From the NCBI GenBank assembly GCA_964497435.1, contig CAZCCD010000008.1, forward strand, positions 15,017 to 47,016: 32,000 nucleotides of DNA, read 5' to 3'. Below, one piece after another: positions 1-8,435 of the stretch; position 1 is the first letter of the stretch; each line of letters starts with the position of its first letter. Made by a program: the position numbers and the translations under genes. The stretch is from Candidatus Woesearchaeota archaeon. Lineage in GTDB: Archaea; Nanobdellota; Nanobdellia; Pacearchaeales; GW2011-AR1. A model generated the notes under the pieces. That model did no database searches, was not told the DNA's origin, and saw only the letters and a list, made by a program, of their open reading frames with translations.

Positions 1-547
1 TATATAGATATTCAATTCCCTGGGAAGCTTTTATTTCATCATTTATTACTTTATCAACTCTTCTATCGACTTTTACGTTGCTTGTTACCCTTGCTTTTTT
101 TAAAGGAGCCCTCATTCCAACAGGTGTTAATACTCTATCTTTTTCTCTCCCAATTTTTAAGTCTCTCTTAAGTTCAATTTCAACATCAACTGGTTTTGAA
201 GCAACTGCAATTTCTTGGGCTATTTGAACAAATTTTTTATTTAATCTAGAATCTTGAACTTTTGTCTGAAATCTTGAGTTAAGAAGACTGTCTCTTAACT
301 TTATTACATCATTAATTCCAAAATCATTATTAGCCCAGTATTTTTCATCATCATAAATCCAGGCATCTTCATCTCTTTCTAAAGGGGATAAAATTCCAAC
401 ATTGACTAATGGGTATTTTAATTTACTGCCAACAAAAACACTTGGAGGAGAATTGCTGTTTAGCTTTGAAATATTTCCTAGCTCTCTATATTTAAACCTA
501 ACATCAGTTATTTTTTTTATTACTTCAAATTTAATATTATCTTGCAT
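1..547 (-). CDS. NreA-like DNA repair protein (DUF650/DUF651-type), N-terminal part; gene continues past the left edge
   Basis: Absent from the ORF track because no stop lies in the window. Manual reverse-strand translation from the ATG (complement of 545-547) stays open to position 1: MQDNIKFEVIKKITDVRFKYRELGNISKLNSNSPPSVFVGSKLKYPLVNVGILSPLERDEDAW... The SPPSVFVG..YP.V.VG block is the motif I associate with archaeal Nre proteins. Confidence 0.5.
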   Translation of the reverse strand, partial: MQDNIKFEVIKKITDVRFKYRELGNISKLNSNSPPSVFVGSKLKYPLVNVGILSPLERDEDAWIYDDEKYWANNDFGINDVIKLRDSLLNSRFQTKVQDSRLNKKFVQIAQEIAVASKPVDVEIELKRDLKIGREKDRVLTPVGMRAPLKKARVTSNVKVDRRVDKVINDEIKASQGIEYLY

Positions 548-575
548 TATAAATAGAAGACAGAGAAGTTTATAT

Positions 576-1343
576 TTATTGCTTGTTACTTGAAAGAGGA
601 TAAGCTTTATCATAGCTATCAATTCCTATCCTGGTAAAAAAAGAAAAAATTTCTGGTGAAAATCTCTCTCTAATTACAAGGTTTTCCCAAACTCGCCTCA
701 TACCTGTATCATTTGAAAGAAGTGCTGATTTACCCTTAGTAAAAGATATAATTCCTGTATAAAGCAAGAGCAGAAAGTCCGTATTACTCAAACCATACTC
801 TTGTCTAAAACCAGAATATCTATTGTTTAAATAATTAAATAATTCTCTTTCTTTATCGTCTAATCTGATAATATGATCCGATAAAGTCAAAGTTTCAATT
901 AATTGAGAAACTGCTTTCCTGAGATTTTTGCCCAATCTCATAACATCTTTAATTTCTTTTTCAAATTTTCTTCTATTTTCTCCAATTCTTCTACGAAAAC
1001 CCATTTTTTGTTGTATTGTGAGAAGTCTTCCACCTTGTTTAATTTTCTTTTTGTAATCCCCTTTTTTCCATAAGCACTCTTCACAAACTTCTTTTATAGT
1101 AAAAATATTACCTCCAGAATCGATAAAATCCTTAAACATCTTGGCAGATTGCATTTCTACATCATAACGCCTCATCCTATCTTTAATATCCACAACATGG
1201 GGGTTGTGATTGTAAACATAAGAATTAAAAACAGAAGTATCAAAAACAAGATATTTATAATTATCTCCAAGCTCGGCTAAAGAAAATAGTTTTTTTTTAT
1301 CTAAATTTAATCTAGTATCTACAACTTGAGTTAAACTTTTCAT
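576..1343 (-). CDS. hypothetical protein, possible split PIN-like nuclease fold
   Basis: 255-aa ORF with ATG start and TAA stop. Acidic positions in PIN-like contexts (LVFDTS near the N-terminus, SNTD and SNDTG towards the C-terminus) flank a basic helical insert. No firm family recognised. Confidence 0.45.
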   Translation of the reverse strand: MKSLTQVVDTRLNLDKKKLFSLAELGDNYKYLVFDTSVFNSYVYNHNPHVVDIKDRMRRYDVEMQSAKMFKDFIDSGGNIFTIKEVCEECLWKKGDYKKKIKQGGRLLTIQQKMGFRRRIGENRRKFEKEIKDVMRLGKNLRKAVSQLIETLTLSDHIIRLDDKERELFNYLNNRYSGFRQEYGLSNTDFLLLLYTGIISFTKGKSALLSNDTGMRRVWENLVIRERFSPEIFSFFTRIGIDSYDKAYPLSSNKQ

Positions 1344-1377
1344 TATGAAAAATCTGTTATCTGTTTTTTAAACCTTT

Positions 1378-2118
1378 TTATATCCATCTTTTTTTGAAAA
1401 TACCTTTATCTTTTATCTCAAAAACTAAATCTTTGTTAGGCAGGCTCCTATGCTTTAATAATACAGCTTTTCTTTTGTTCCCATCTAATTTTAATTCAAT
1501 TATACATTTACTCCAATATTTAAAAAGATCTCCTCCGACTAATCTAATTTCATTTTTTTTGTTTTTTTCTAAGTCTTTCTCTGATTGAAATTCTTTGTAA
1601 ACTTGATTTGTAATTAGTATTGGAATTTGCTGAGTGCGGGAAATTTCAGCCAGATTCCTCATCTGGGCAGCAACTTCTCTATTAACCCCCATTATCTTTT
1701 CTTTCTCTCCAACATTTACAGCGTCTCCAAGCTCAAGTCTATAAAGCATTGCCATGCTATCGATAATAATAAGATTAATATTTTCTTTTTTTACTGTAGA
1801 TAACAAATTTTTAAAAATCTTTTTCTGCTCTTCAAAAGACTTTGGCTCTAAAATCAAGAAATTTTTTAAAATGTCTTTATAATCTTCTCCAACAATTTGC
1901 TTTACTCTCTCGACAGAAAATCCTCCTTCACTATCAATAAAGATAATTTTGTTACCTTTCTTTGCTTGAGAGCACGCAGCCAATAATACAAAATTAGTTT
2001 TTCCGCTTCCAGGAGGGCCTGCAATCATTGTTATTATTCCAGCTTCATATCCTCCATAAAGCCACTTATTCAAGTCAAAGCTTCCTGCAGAAACTTTCTC
2101 TGTTTTTAATTCTACCAT
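1378..2118 (-). CDS. radB: RadB / RecA-superfamily recombinase paralog
   Basis: Walker A GPPGSGKT, then IDSEGGFSVERV (RadA/RadB signature) and a Walker B-like LIIIDS. The 246-aa length lacks the RadA N-terminal HhH domain. Confidence 0.8.
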   Translation of the reverse strand: MVELKTEKVSAGSFDLNKWLYGGYEAGIITMIAGPPGSGKTNFVLLAACSQAKKGNKIIFIDSEGGFSVERVKQIVGEDYKDILKNFLILEPKSFEEQKKIFKNLLSTVKKENINLIIIDSMAMLYRLELGDAVNVGEKEKIMGVNREVAAQMRNLAEISRTQQIPILITNQVYKEFQSEKDLEKNKKNEIRLVGGDLFKYWSKCIIELKLDGNKRKAVLLKHRSLPNKDLVFEIKDKGIFKKRWI

Positions 2119-2180
2119 AAGAAAAAAAGTCTCTATTTATTTATATAAATTGTTATAAAGGAAAATAAAAGATTGAATAT

Positions 2181-2786
2181 ATGTTAACTCAAAAAGAACA
2201 AGAAATAATTAAGAGAGTTGTATCAAGAAACCCAAGAAGAATTCTAGATAAAGAAGAATGTTATGCTTTGTATTATAATGGATTATTTGGAAATAAAGCC
2301 TTGACATGGGATTCTTATGAAGCAGTAATGAAAAGTGGATGGAAAAGCCATGTTTGCATGAGGTTTAGAGAAGGAGGTGATAGAAAAAGAGTTGTTTATA
2401 ATGTTCCTTTAAATGGATTAGATGATGAAATAGGTAAGTTGGAAATTCTTGGCGTTCCTAAACATAAAATAAGCTTCAACCAAAGTATGCCTGATGAACA
2501 TTTAAATATGCAGGGAGAGGTGATGAAAAGTCATCAAGGTTTGTATTTGAGATATTCAACAATGAAAAAGCCAATGAACCTTGCTTTGCAGGGAGAAGAT
2601 TTGACTTCAACAGGATTAAGAGCTAAACATTTATTAGAAGCTAATTTGTGGCCTTCAAGCCTTTCAGATTTAGAGGCATTATTTGAACTTTATCCAAACA
2701 GCGTGGTTGAGTTTAGTGCATATAGTGTGCAAGTAGGCAACATTCCTGGAAGAAATACAGTTATTTGGGAAGTTAGGAATTATTAA
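2181..2786 (+). CDS. conserved-looking hypothetical protein (201 aa), function unknown
   Basis: Clean ORF with ATG and TAA, divergent from radB across a 62-nt TATA-rich spacer. Non-low-complexity globular sequence ending ...GRNTVIWEVRNY. I cannot place it in a family. Confidence 0.55.
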   Translation: MLTQKEQEIIKRVVSRNPRRILDKEECYALYYNGLFGNKALTWDSYEAVMKSGWKSHVCMRFREGGDRKRVVYNVPLNGLDDEIGKLEILGVPKHKISFNQSMPDEHLNMQGEVMKSHQGLYLRYSTMKKPMNLALQGEDLTSTGLRAKHLLEANLWPSSLSDLEALFELYPNSVVEFSAYSVQVGNIPGRNTVIWEVRNY

Positions 2787-2810
2787 CAGCAAAGAATTAG
2801 ATTATAAAAT

Positions 2811-3074
2811 TTACTTCAATTTTTTGAAATCTACAAGAACTTTATCTAGATCTTTTGTTACAGAAGCGACAGCATCATTGATTGCCTTTTTTGGAGTTTT
2901 TCCTTTGGTCTTGACTTTTAATACTGGTTTTTCAGTAGGATGATCTCTTCTCCAAGCAGCAAAAGTTACATAGGAATCTTTATTAAGGTAAACTCTAAGT
3001 ATCTCTGCTAAAGTCGAATTTTCAAGTTCAACCTCTATTTCATCGCCTTCAGATTTCAAAATATTAATTTCCAT
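2811..3074 (-). CDS. rpoL: DNA-directed RNA polymerase subunit L (Rpo11)
   Basis: 87 aa. The pattern MEINILKSEGDEIEVELENSTLAEILRVYL...VTFAAWRRDHPTEKPVLKVKT is typical of archaeal RpoL/Rpb11. Confidence 0.8.
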   Translation of the reverse strand: MEINILKSEGDEIEVELENSTLAEILRVYLNKDSYVTFAAWRRDHPTEKPVLKVKTKGKTPKKAINDAVASVTKDLDKVLVDFKKLK

Positions 3075-3313
3075 ATAAAGAATTCTTTGAGATAGTTTAA
3101 AAAGGTTGTGATTTTTTAAGTCAGTTTTACAGTTTAATGAAAATATAATTACTTAGCTTATATATTAATTAATGAGATTCACAACTTTCATGAATCTCTG
3201 TTATAAATTAGCATTAATGAATAAATCTATTATAATTGCGTTATTCTTTATTATCTATTATTAGATTAATTTGGGTTAAGCAAACTATCAAGTTTAAAGG
3301 TCTTACTTATAAT
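3075..3313. repeat. intergenic module, copy A (upstream of rpoL)
   Basis: Collinear with 30951-31203 and partly with 16689-16881; see findings. Contains the perfect hairpin GAGATTCA-N9-TGAATCTC at 3174-3198. Confidence 0.5.
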
Positions 3314-4033
3314 TTACTCTTTTTCATCTAAATCTTCTTCCTCTATTTCTATCTCTTCTTCAATTTCATCCTTGTTTTTTGACATTTCTTTTAAATTAGC
3401 TATTGTCAAATTTTTCACAGTATCTTTATCAAAAGACAAAGTTTTTTTTATTTCTATATTTCCTTTTTTTGCAGAATCAGAACTTTTTAAAATTTTAATT
3501 CCTAAAAACGCCTCAAGTTTTCTGGCTAATCTATCATAATCACCAGGAGGAGTTCCTCTTTCCATCATTTCAATAGCTGTTTTAGATTCTTCAATTCCCT
3601 TAGCAACCTGCTCTGTTGAAAGTTTTTTAGATCTCCTTCCCATCATAATAACCCAATGGAAATTATCAATTAAATCCTCTCTTCTCTCTACTGAAGCTGG
3701 ATGAACAAGTCTTGATTTATAGTTTTTATCAATTAAATCCTTAAGACTAACTTCCTGTCCTTGTGTCTTGGCAGCTTCCATTTTCCTAGCATCTGCAGGC
3801 CTGAACTTACTGACGTGCTCCATTGGATTTAAACCAGCCATTCTTGAAAGTCTTTCATAGGCTGTTGATGGCTGCTCTGCTGCCTTAAGCTGAAAAGTCG
3901 TAGGAGCTCTTATCACAGGAGAATCCTCTTCCATAAGACAGTTTTCACATACTTTATTTATTCCTTCTTTGGATATAATATCATATAAACTAGAAATTGG
4001 GAAGTCCAGTCCACATTTATAACATTCTACCAT
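3314..4033 (-). CDS. zinc-ribbon plus HTH (XRE/MBF1-like) protein with acidic tail
   Basis: N-terminal CxxC...CxxC (CYKCG...CENC). Central HTH RRSKKLSTEQVAKGIEESKTAIEMMERG resembles archaeal MBF1. C-terminal EEEIEIEEEDLDEKE tail. Confidence 0.55.
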   Translation of the reverse strand: MVECYKCGLDFPISSLYDIISKEGINKVCENCLMEEDSPVIRAPTTFQLKAAEQPSTAYERLSRMAGLNPMEHVSKFRPADARKMEAAKTQGQEVSLKDLIDKNYKSRLVHPASVERREDLIDNFHWVIMMGRRSKKLSTEQVAKGIEESKTAIEMMERGTPPGDYDRLARKLEAFLGIKILKSSDSAKKGNIEIKKTLSFDKDTVKNLTIANLKEMSKNKDEIEEEIEIEEEDLDEKE

Positions 4034-4083
4034 TTGAAATCTAGAATTGTTCTCTTTTTTAATATTTCTGTTGTGAAAAGCTA

Positions 4084-4758
4084 TTATAAAAATCTTAAAA
4101 TATCTCTAGAATTTTCAATATTTTCAATATGGATTTTCTCGTTTAGAACAGCTGTATTTGGACCAGATATTTCATAGGATTTTTTTAAAAGCTCTATTAT
4201 TCCTAAATCAAGATCATAGTCAAAAGAATAGATCATCAGGTTTTGATTGTCTTCTTTAACACTTCCTAAAATTTTCCCTATTTCTTCTGCCCTGTTTTCA
4301 TACTCATCTGAATTTGAGTAAAAAAATAAAATAGTGTCCATGTCCTTATTACATTTTTCTGAGTACTCCTTAACTATTATAAAATGTTGGATCTCAATGA
4401 GCGTATAAGTTTTTTTCTGCTCTATAACATTTTCATCATTTTTTCCAAATCTTGTTTCTAAAATAGAAAGAAGGCTACCAGTCCTATCTAACTCTTCTGA
4501 AAAAACATTGAAGGCATCTTCATTACAATTAAGAAGAAATTCTCCGCTTAATTGAGTGTTTAAAAGGTCTGTTTTTAGAGTGTCTTGAATACTTGACACC
4601 TTCTGATAATTTAAAAAAGAAACCATATATCCAGCTAAGAAAACAAAAACCAAGACAGATAATGAAATAATAAATGCAATAATAACCCTTGGAACATTAA
4701 TTTCTTTTCCTTCTCTTTCAGTTTTGTCATATAGGTCTTTTTTGTCTAATTTTTTCAT
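4084..4758 (-). CDS. membrane-anchored hypothetical protein
   Basis: 224 aa with a single N-terminal TM helix (VIIAFIISLSVLVFVFLAGYMV) and a soluble C-terminal domain. No family recognised. Confidence 0.5.
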   Translation of the reverse strand: MKKLDKKDLYDKTEREGKEINVPRVIIAFIISLSVLVFVFLAGYMVSFLNYQKVSSIQDTLKTDLLNTQLSGEFLLNCNEDAFNVFSEELDRTGSLLSILETRFGKNDENVIEQKKTYTLIEIQHFIIVKEYSEKCNKDMDTILFFYSNSDEYENRAEEIGKILGSVKEDNQNLMIYSFDYDLDLGIIELLKKSYEISGPNTAVLNEKIHIENIENSRDILRFL

Positions 4759-4789
4759 TTTAAATTCATTTTGTCATTGTTTTTATAGA

Positions 4790-6037
4790 TTATTGTCTTC
4801 CCCAGCCAAGTTTGCCAACAAAAAAATAATAAAAAGCTGCTGTAAGCCACCAAAAAGTAAGAAGAATTGAATATGATACGACAAAAAGAGACATACCAAA
4901 AAGAACATTTGCATGTTTCTTGACTCTTCTTTTAGCAAAAACCATGTAACCTATAACTACGAATAAAAAAGCAATAAGTATTATTGATGTTGGCTTGCTG
5001 AAAAAGAAAAATAAGAACCTCTCTATTGTGAACCAAGTAACATCAAAAACCCCTGAAAATGAAAAGTTCGTATTTTTTAAATGTAAAAACTCATCTTTCA
5101 CGTTTGAAAGAGTTGAAGACACAATGAATAGTGTAAGAATTATTGAAAGCATTATAGATAAAACTGCCACAGGAAGGACTATCATACCCATGTGCCCATA
5201 TTCTTTGGAGAAAAGTTTCCTATATTTTAGCAGATTTTGAATCCATCCGTAATACCATCTTCTTCTTTGCATAAACAAATCTTTAAACACTTTTGGTGAT
5301 TCTGTAAAAACAACGGCTTCGTCAGCACATTTAAGCGAGTAACCATAATATTGGATTCTTAATGCAACCTCCATATCTTCAGTAATATTTTCAACTTCAT
5401 AGCCACCATGCTTTTCAAAGAATTTTTTTCTGTATGCAGAAAAAGCTCCAGGGGTAACATGCATGGCATTCATTGTTGAAAAAGACTTTCTCAAAAAAAT
5501 TCCAACAAGATACTCTGCCTGCTGAATCCTCTGCCAAAATCCTTTTGGTTTGTAAATTGCCATTGATGGAGTAACGCACATGACTCTTGGATTTGTGAAA
5601 TAATTAACCATTTTTCTTAAAGAATCTGGCTCTGCATAAGTGTCTGCGTCCATTGAAACAACTATCTCTCCTCTGGCTTTTTTTAAGGCAAAATTTAGAG
5701 CAGTAGCTTTTCCGCCATTTTCTTTTGTAAAAACCCTAAGATTTTTATTCTTAATCGATTTTGCTATTTTATATGTATTATCCTTACTTCCATCGTCGAT
5801 AACAACCACTTCTATTTTATTTTTAGGATATTCTAAATTTAACGCAGACTGAATTGTTCTCTTTATTGTTTTCTCTTCATTATATGCAGGAATCATTATT
5901 GAAACATAAGGGAGTTCATTTTCTTTAAAATCCCTAAGTTTGTCATATTTCCTATAAGCTCTTAAAGACAAAAAATAGTAAGTAACTGCAAAAAAACCAA
6001 TAAATGCCGATAAATAAATGAATATATCTTTAATCAT
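4790..6037 (-). CDS. family 2 glycosyltransferase, processive (cellulose/chitin-synthase-like) integral membrane enzyme
   Basis: VSIMIPAYNEE...VVVIDDGSKDNT (GT2 DxD region), SMDADT, a QRRRWYYGW (QxxRW) motif and several C-terminal TM helices. The ORF track starts at a TTG (6043). The first ATG is at 6037, overlapping the scpB stop as ATGATTAA. Confidence 0.85.
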   Translation of the reverse strand: MIKDIFIYLSAFIGFFAVTYYFLSLRAYRKYDKLRDFKENELPYVSIMIPAYNEEKTIKRTIQSALNLEYPKNKIEVVVIDDGSKDNTYKIAKSIKNKNLRVFTKENGGKATALNFALKKARGEIVVSMDADTYAEPDSLRKMVNYFTNPRVMCVTPSMAIYKPKGFWQRIQQAEYLVGIFLRKSFSTMNAMHVTPGAFSAYRKKFFEKHGGYEVENITEDMEVALRIQYYGYSLKCADEAVVFTESPKVFKDLFMQRRRWYYGWIQNLLKYRKLFSKEYGHMGMIVLPVAVLSIMLSIILTLFIVSSTLSNVKDEFLHLKNTNFSFSGVFDVTWFTIERFLFFFFSKPTSIILIAFLFVVIGYMVFAKRRVKKHANVLFGMSLFVVSYSILLTFWWLTAAFYYFFVGKLGWGRQ

Positions 6038-6605
6038 TTTCAAGAGGTGGTTTTAATTCACTTTTTTTAAAGATATCTTTGTTCACCTCTATTTCTTTCC
6101 TTGATTCAGAAACACCAAAATAATCATAAAAATCATCAGCCAAAGAAAGCTCGTGAGTATGACCTTGTTTTTTCTTTTTAATTAATCCTAAGTCAACAAA
6201 TTTTTTAACATGATCATATGCTTTATGTCCCCTGATGTTAATTATAACTGATTGTTGTATTGGTTGTTTGTAGGCAATTATTGCAAGAGTTTCTTGTTCT
6301 GCCTTGCTGAATTCAGAGCTGCCTGTTGCTAATTTATTGACTATATTTGAATATTCTGGCTTGACATCCATCTTCCACATTTCATTCTTTTCTACAATCA
6401 TCAAAGAAGATTCATCTCTATTATGCTTATCTTTTAGCCTTTCTATTAAATCTCTTATTATTATTGGATTTAAATCTGAAAGAGAAATAAGCTCTTGCAT
6501 ATTCAAAAACCTGCCTGAAACAAAGAAAACAGCCTCTAACTTTTTTAAGTCTTCTTTTTCTCTTGCCTCATCAATCTCTTTTATTGTTTTGCTTCCTATA
6601 TCCAT
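6030..6605 (-). CDS. scpB: segregation and condensation protein B
   Basis: LEAVFFVSGRFLNMQEL..., ETLAIIAYKQPIQQSVIINIRG and ...FVDLGLIKK match the tandem winged-helix ScpB pattern. Confidence 0.75.
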   Translation of the reverse strand: MDIGSKTIKEIDEAREKEDLKKLEAVFFVSGRFLNMQELISLSDLNPIIIRDLIERLKDKHNRDESSLMIVEKNEMWKMDVKPEYSNIVNKLATGSSEFSKAEQETLAIIAYKQPIQQSVIINIRGHKAYDHVKKFVDLGLIKKKKQGHTHELSLADDFYDYFGVSESRKEIEVNKDIFKKSELKPPLEND

Positions 6606-6647
6606 AAAGAAATAGAAAACCCAGGAGTTTTTAAGGATTGTTGATTC

Positions 6648-7289
6648 TCAATAAGTGTCTCTTTTCTTATTTAATCTATTAATCAATGCTATAGAAATAA
6701 TTCCGAATATGACAATCATCACAAAAAATATGGGGAATTCTCCAATGAATTCCAAGTTTACAAGAACAAATCCCAATATAACTGTGATAAATCCTGCAAT
6801 ACCGATGTTAACAAAGATTCTGAAAACACCCTCAATTTTTTGGTAATATCTATTGTTAGAGATTTCTGAAATAGCTATAAGATGTGTCCACAAATATCCA
6901 ATAGAACTCATAATTACTCCTTTAAATTTTCTTTTAAGTACATCATCTATGTTATTAATGAAATATAAAGAATCCTTAACAGGAAAAGAAAAACTCTTTA
7001 TTAACACATATAAAATAAAAAACCCACCAATTACTAAAATAGGTATAGATACTATCGAAATCATATTAGTTAACATTAGTGATATAAAATAAATGAGAAC
7101 AAAGACAAGGGCTAAAATAACTAAATTATAAAATAATTCTGTAAAAAAGAAAAATTTTTGCTTTACTTTTGAAGTAGAGGGAAGAATTTTAAGAAAAACT
7201 ATTGTCCTAAACAAAAACCAAGAAGAAAATAGTATCAATGATACCCAAAAAATTAAAAATATTACAAAATCTATCGTCTCTGAAACCAT
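6648..7289 (-). CDS. polytopic membrane protein, unknown function
   Basis: 213 aa with about 6 hydrophobic helices. One of only four ORFs in the window that end in TGA. Confidence 0.5.
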   Translation of the reverse strand: MVSETIDFVIFLIFWVSLILFSSWFLFRTIVFLKILPSTSKVKQKFFFFTELFYNLVILALVFVLIYFISLMLTNMISIVSIPILVIGGFFILYVLIKSFSFPVKDSLYFINNIDDVLKRKFKGVIMSSIGYLWTHLIAISEISNNRYYQKIEGVFRIFVNIGIAGFITVILGFVLVNLEFIGEFPIFFVMIVIFGIISIALINRLNKKRDTY

Positions 7290-7338
7290 CTTGAAAAAAT
7301 GTAAGATTCGTTTAAATAACTTTCTAAATCTATTTTAA

Positions 7339-8427
7339 CTAATTTATCTTAAACCTCAAAATAGAACCAATCCCTGAAAGATTCATAAATTGTAAGCCTT
7401 CAGGAGTTTCTATTGAGACAATTTCAATTTTCGAACCCATTTGTTCTGCGATTTTTGTTAATTCTTTGATTGTTGATTTTGGCAAATCTTTCGATAAAAT
7501 TAATGTATCAACAGCTCCATATTGCAATGCTTTTCTTGTAGGTGCTTCTTTTAATGTCGCCAAGTCAGGATTGCTTCCAAGTTTCTGAAAGAATTTTTCA
7601 AGCACTTTCTTTTCGTGAATGATTTCCTGGCCTACTAAAATATCTTTTGACCTTTCTACAAGTTCATGCAAGCCCGATTCACTTGTATCTCCAAGATCAA
7701 TCCTCCCTATTACTTTATCTCTAAGCTGAGTCATAAGATATTCCTCATCTAAAAACTCGTCTTTTGTAGGGATAGGCCCGCCGACAAGTATTCCTTTCAG
7801 TTTTTTATTTTCGAAAAACAAGCTCTTCATCTCATTAGCAATCCTTTTGTAAAATTCTTTTGTCAAACCCTCTGTTATTCTGTGAAATCTTTGACTCGAT
7901 TGCCCCCCAGCCCTTACTTTGCTTGGAACTCCTGACGTCATTTTTTGCAGGAGTTCTATTCTTTTTCCTTCAAGCATTCCAATTGTTGCCTCTTTCCTGT
8001 CCATGACAAGAAGACCGAAGACCTCTGTGACTTCCAGCATTTCTTTTAGAGGTTCTAGAATAAATTCTTTATCACATCTATACATTCTTGTTTTTAAAGG
8101 CTGAAAAGGCTCTATATCCCAAAGCCTTAAATCATCCTGGCCTTCAATCTTAGAAATATTTCCGCAAAAAATAGCTAACCCATTTTCAGGGGTTTTTTTG
8201 TATTCTTTCAAATAACGAGTTATCTTATCTAAAGCATTTCCAACATTTTTTCTTGTTGACGTTGATTTTATGTTTTTAGCTGTTGATTTTTCTGTTTCTA
8301 ATTGATCAGCAACAGTGTAAATGTTTTGACCTGCTGGTATGTAAACAGTTATAAGTTCTGTTGCTCTTCCTCTAAACTGTTCGAGCTCTTCAACAAGCTC
8401 TTGAAGTTCGTCTTTTGATATTGGCAT
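7339..8427 (-). CDS. prf1: peptide chain release factor aRF1
   Basis: NIKS motif (TAKNIKSTSTRKN) and GGQ motif (RAGGQSSQRF), with the N-terminal ...ATELITVYIPAG pattern. Confidence 0.9.
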   Translation of the reverse strand: MPISKDELQELVEELEQFRGRATELITVYIPAGQNIYTVADQLETEKSTAKNIKSTSTRKNVGNALDKITRYLKEYKKTPENGLAIFCGNISKIEGQDDLRLWDIEPFQPLKTRMYRCDKEFILEPLKEMLEVTEVFGLLVMDRKEATIGMLEGKRIELLQKMTSGVPSKVRAGGQSSQRFHRITEGLTKEFYKRIANEMKSLFFENKKLKGILVGGPIPTKDEFLDEEYLMTQLRDKVIGRIDLGDTSESGLHELVERSKDILVGQEIIHEKKVLEKFFQKLGSNPDLATLKEAPTRKALQYGAVDTLILSKDLPKSTIKELTKIAEQMGSKIEIVSIETPEGLQFMNLSGIGSILRFKIN

Positions 8428-8435
8428 TTTAAATT

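Noticed and set aside
3075-3200. C/D-box sRNA inside the repeated spacer (CTGA in TAAACTGTAAAACTGACTTAA; ATGAAAG as a degenerate C box).
   Set aside because: The C box is poor, and the D-box position is CAGA in copy C. No terminal stem or K-turn geometry was evident.
3172-3264. 30-aa hydrophobic mini-ORF (MRFTTFMNLCYKLALMNKSIIIALFFIIYY) inside spacer copy A. Its C-terminal codons are conserved, with several synonymous changes, in copy B (…YKLIIIALFFNILLLY*).
   Set aside because: Copy B has an in-frame TAG (31077-31079) and no ATG upstream of the conserved part. Copy C lacks the block. Apparent codon conservation in AT-rich sequence is weak evidence. Kept only as a note under the repeat finding.
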